A DNA stretch of 64,000 bases, from positions 119,164,001 through 119,228,000 of the forward strand of contig OZ024741.1 in the NCBI GenBank assembly GCA_964016885.1, read 5' to 3'. The translations under genes were made by a program, and so were the position numbers. The notes below the pieces were generated by a model that saw only the letters and a program-made list of their open reading frames with translations, made no database searches and was not told the DNA's origin. Below, piece after piece: positions 63,445 through 64,000 of this stretch. Within the stretch, counting starts at the first letter, position 1, and each line of letters opens with the position of its first letter. This DNA is from Eledone cirrhosa. Lineage: Eukaryota.

Positions 63445-63592
63445 ACAATTTCTGTCAACAAAAACTTGCAAGGATTTGGTTGACCTGAGCTTATGGTAGA
63501 AGACACTTACCCAGGAGCACCTAATGCACTATAGGATTGAACCAAAAGCCACCGGGCTGCAAAGTAAACTTCTTAAACACACAACCATGGAC
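63445..63592 (-). mobile_element. Diverged SINE 5' half (another family; similar at ~34300-34430)
   Basis: GTAGAAGACACTTACCCAGG...GGATTGAACC...CTTCTTAAACACACAACCA. Confidence 0.55.
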
Positions 63593-64000
63593 ACGGTTGA
63601 TTCTAACTTATAAATTATAGCAGGTTCATTGGTTTTAACGCAACTGGTTAGATTAACCTTATTAGTTTTTCACCACTAACTTAAGCCGAGCGTATTAATT
63701 AGATCAACCAATTTAACTACTTTGACAAGAAACTGATGCATGAAAGTACAGAATAAATCTGTAAATAATAATAATAATAATAGAAAGAAAACAAAATTTT
63801 TCCAAGATATATTTACAGGTTGTAGTAAAATAAAGAGGTTCTTTGGATACCTGACATTTAGCTGTTCCTGAACTGATCTCTTGAGAAATGTCAAGAATGC
63901 CATAGTAAAGTCAGTGGCTAGTCAAAGATTCCAGAGTTAGGAAGATATGCAGAGTCTTATAGAGATATCTTCTTCTTGAGTCATCCTTCCATTGAAGCTG

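Overview
Eukaryotic, very AT-rich, repeat-dominated DNA. The SINE/LINE families and kb-long interrupted (TA)n arrays suggest a cephalopod (octopus-like) genome; this is inference. No intact host gene is evident, and almost all long ORFs in the track are microsatellite artefacts. Identifiable content: two CR1-type LINE copies, RTE-clade LINEs (two with a PHD-type zinc finger inside the RT), CRE-clade fragments, a Chapaev3-like DNA transposon with TIRs/TSD, hAT- and piggyBac-like MITEs, clustered tRNA-derived SINEs, and a 200-N gap. The main signal is a set of at least five unrelated non-coding element families carrying minimal type I hammerhead ribozyme (HHR) motifs, several with a palindromic helix III (Penelope-like/retrozyme type). 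One is a structured ~470-bp tandem unit. These elements repeatedly occur as head-to-head inverted pairs whose 3' ends run into (TA)n arrays. All structures were paired by eye; nothing was computed or searched.
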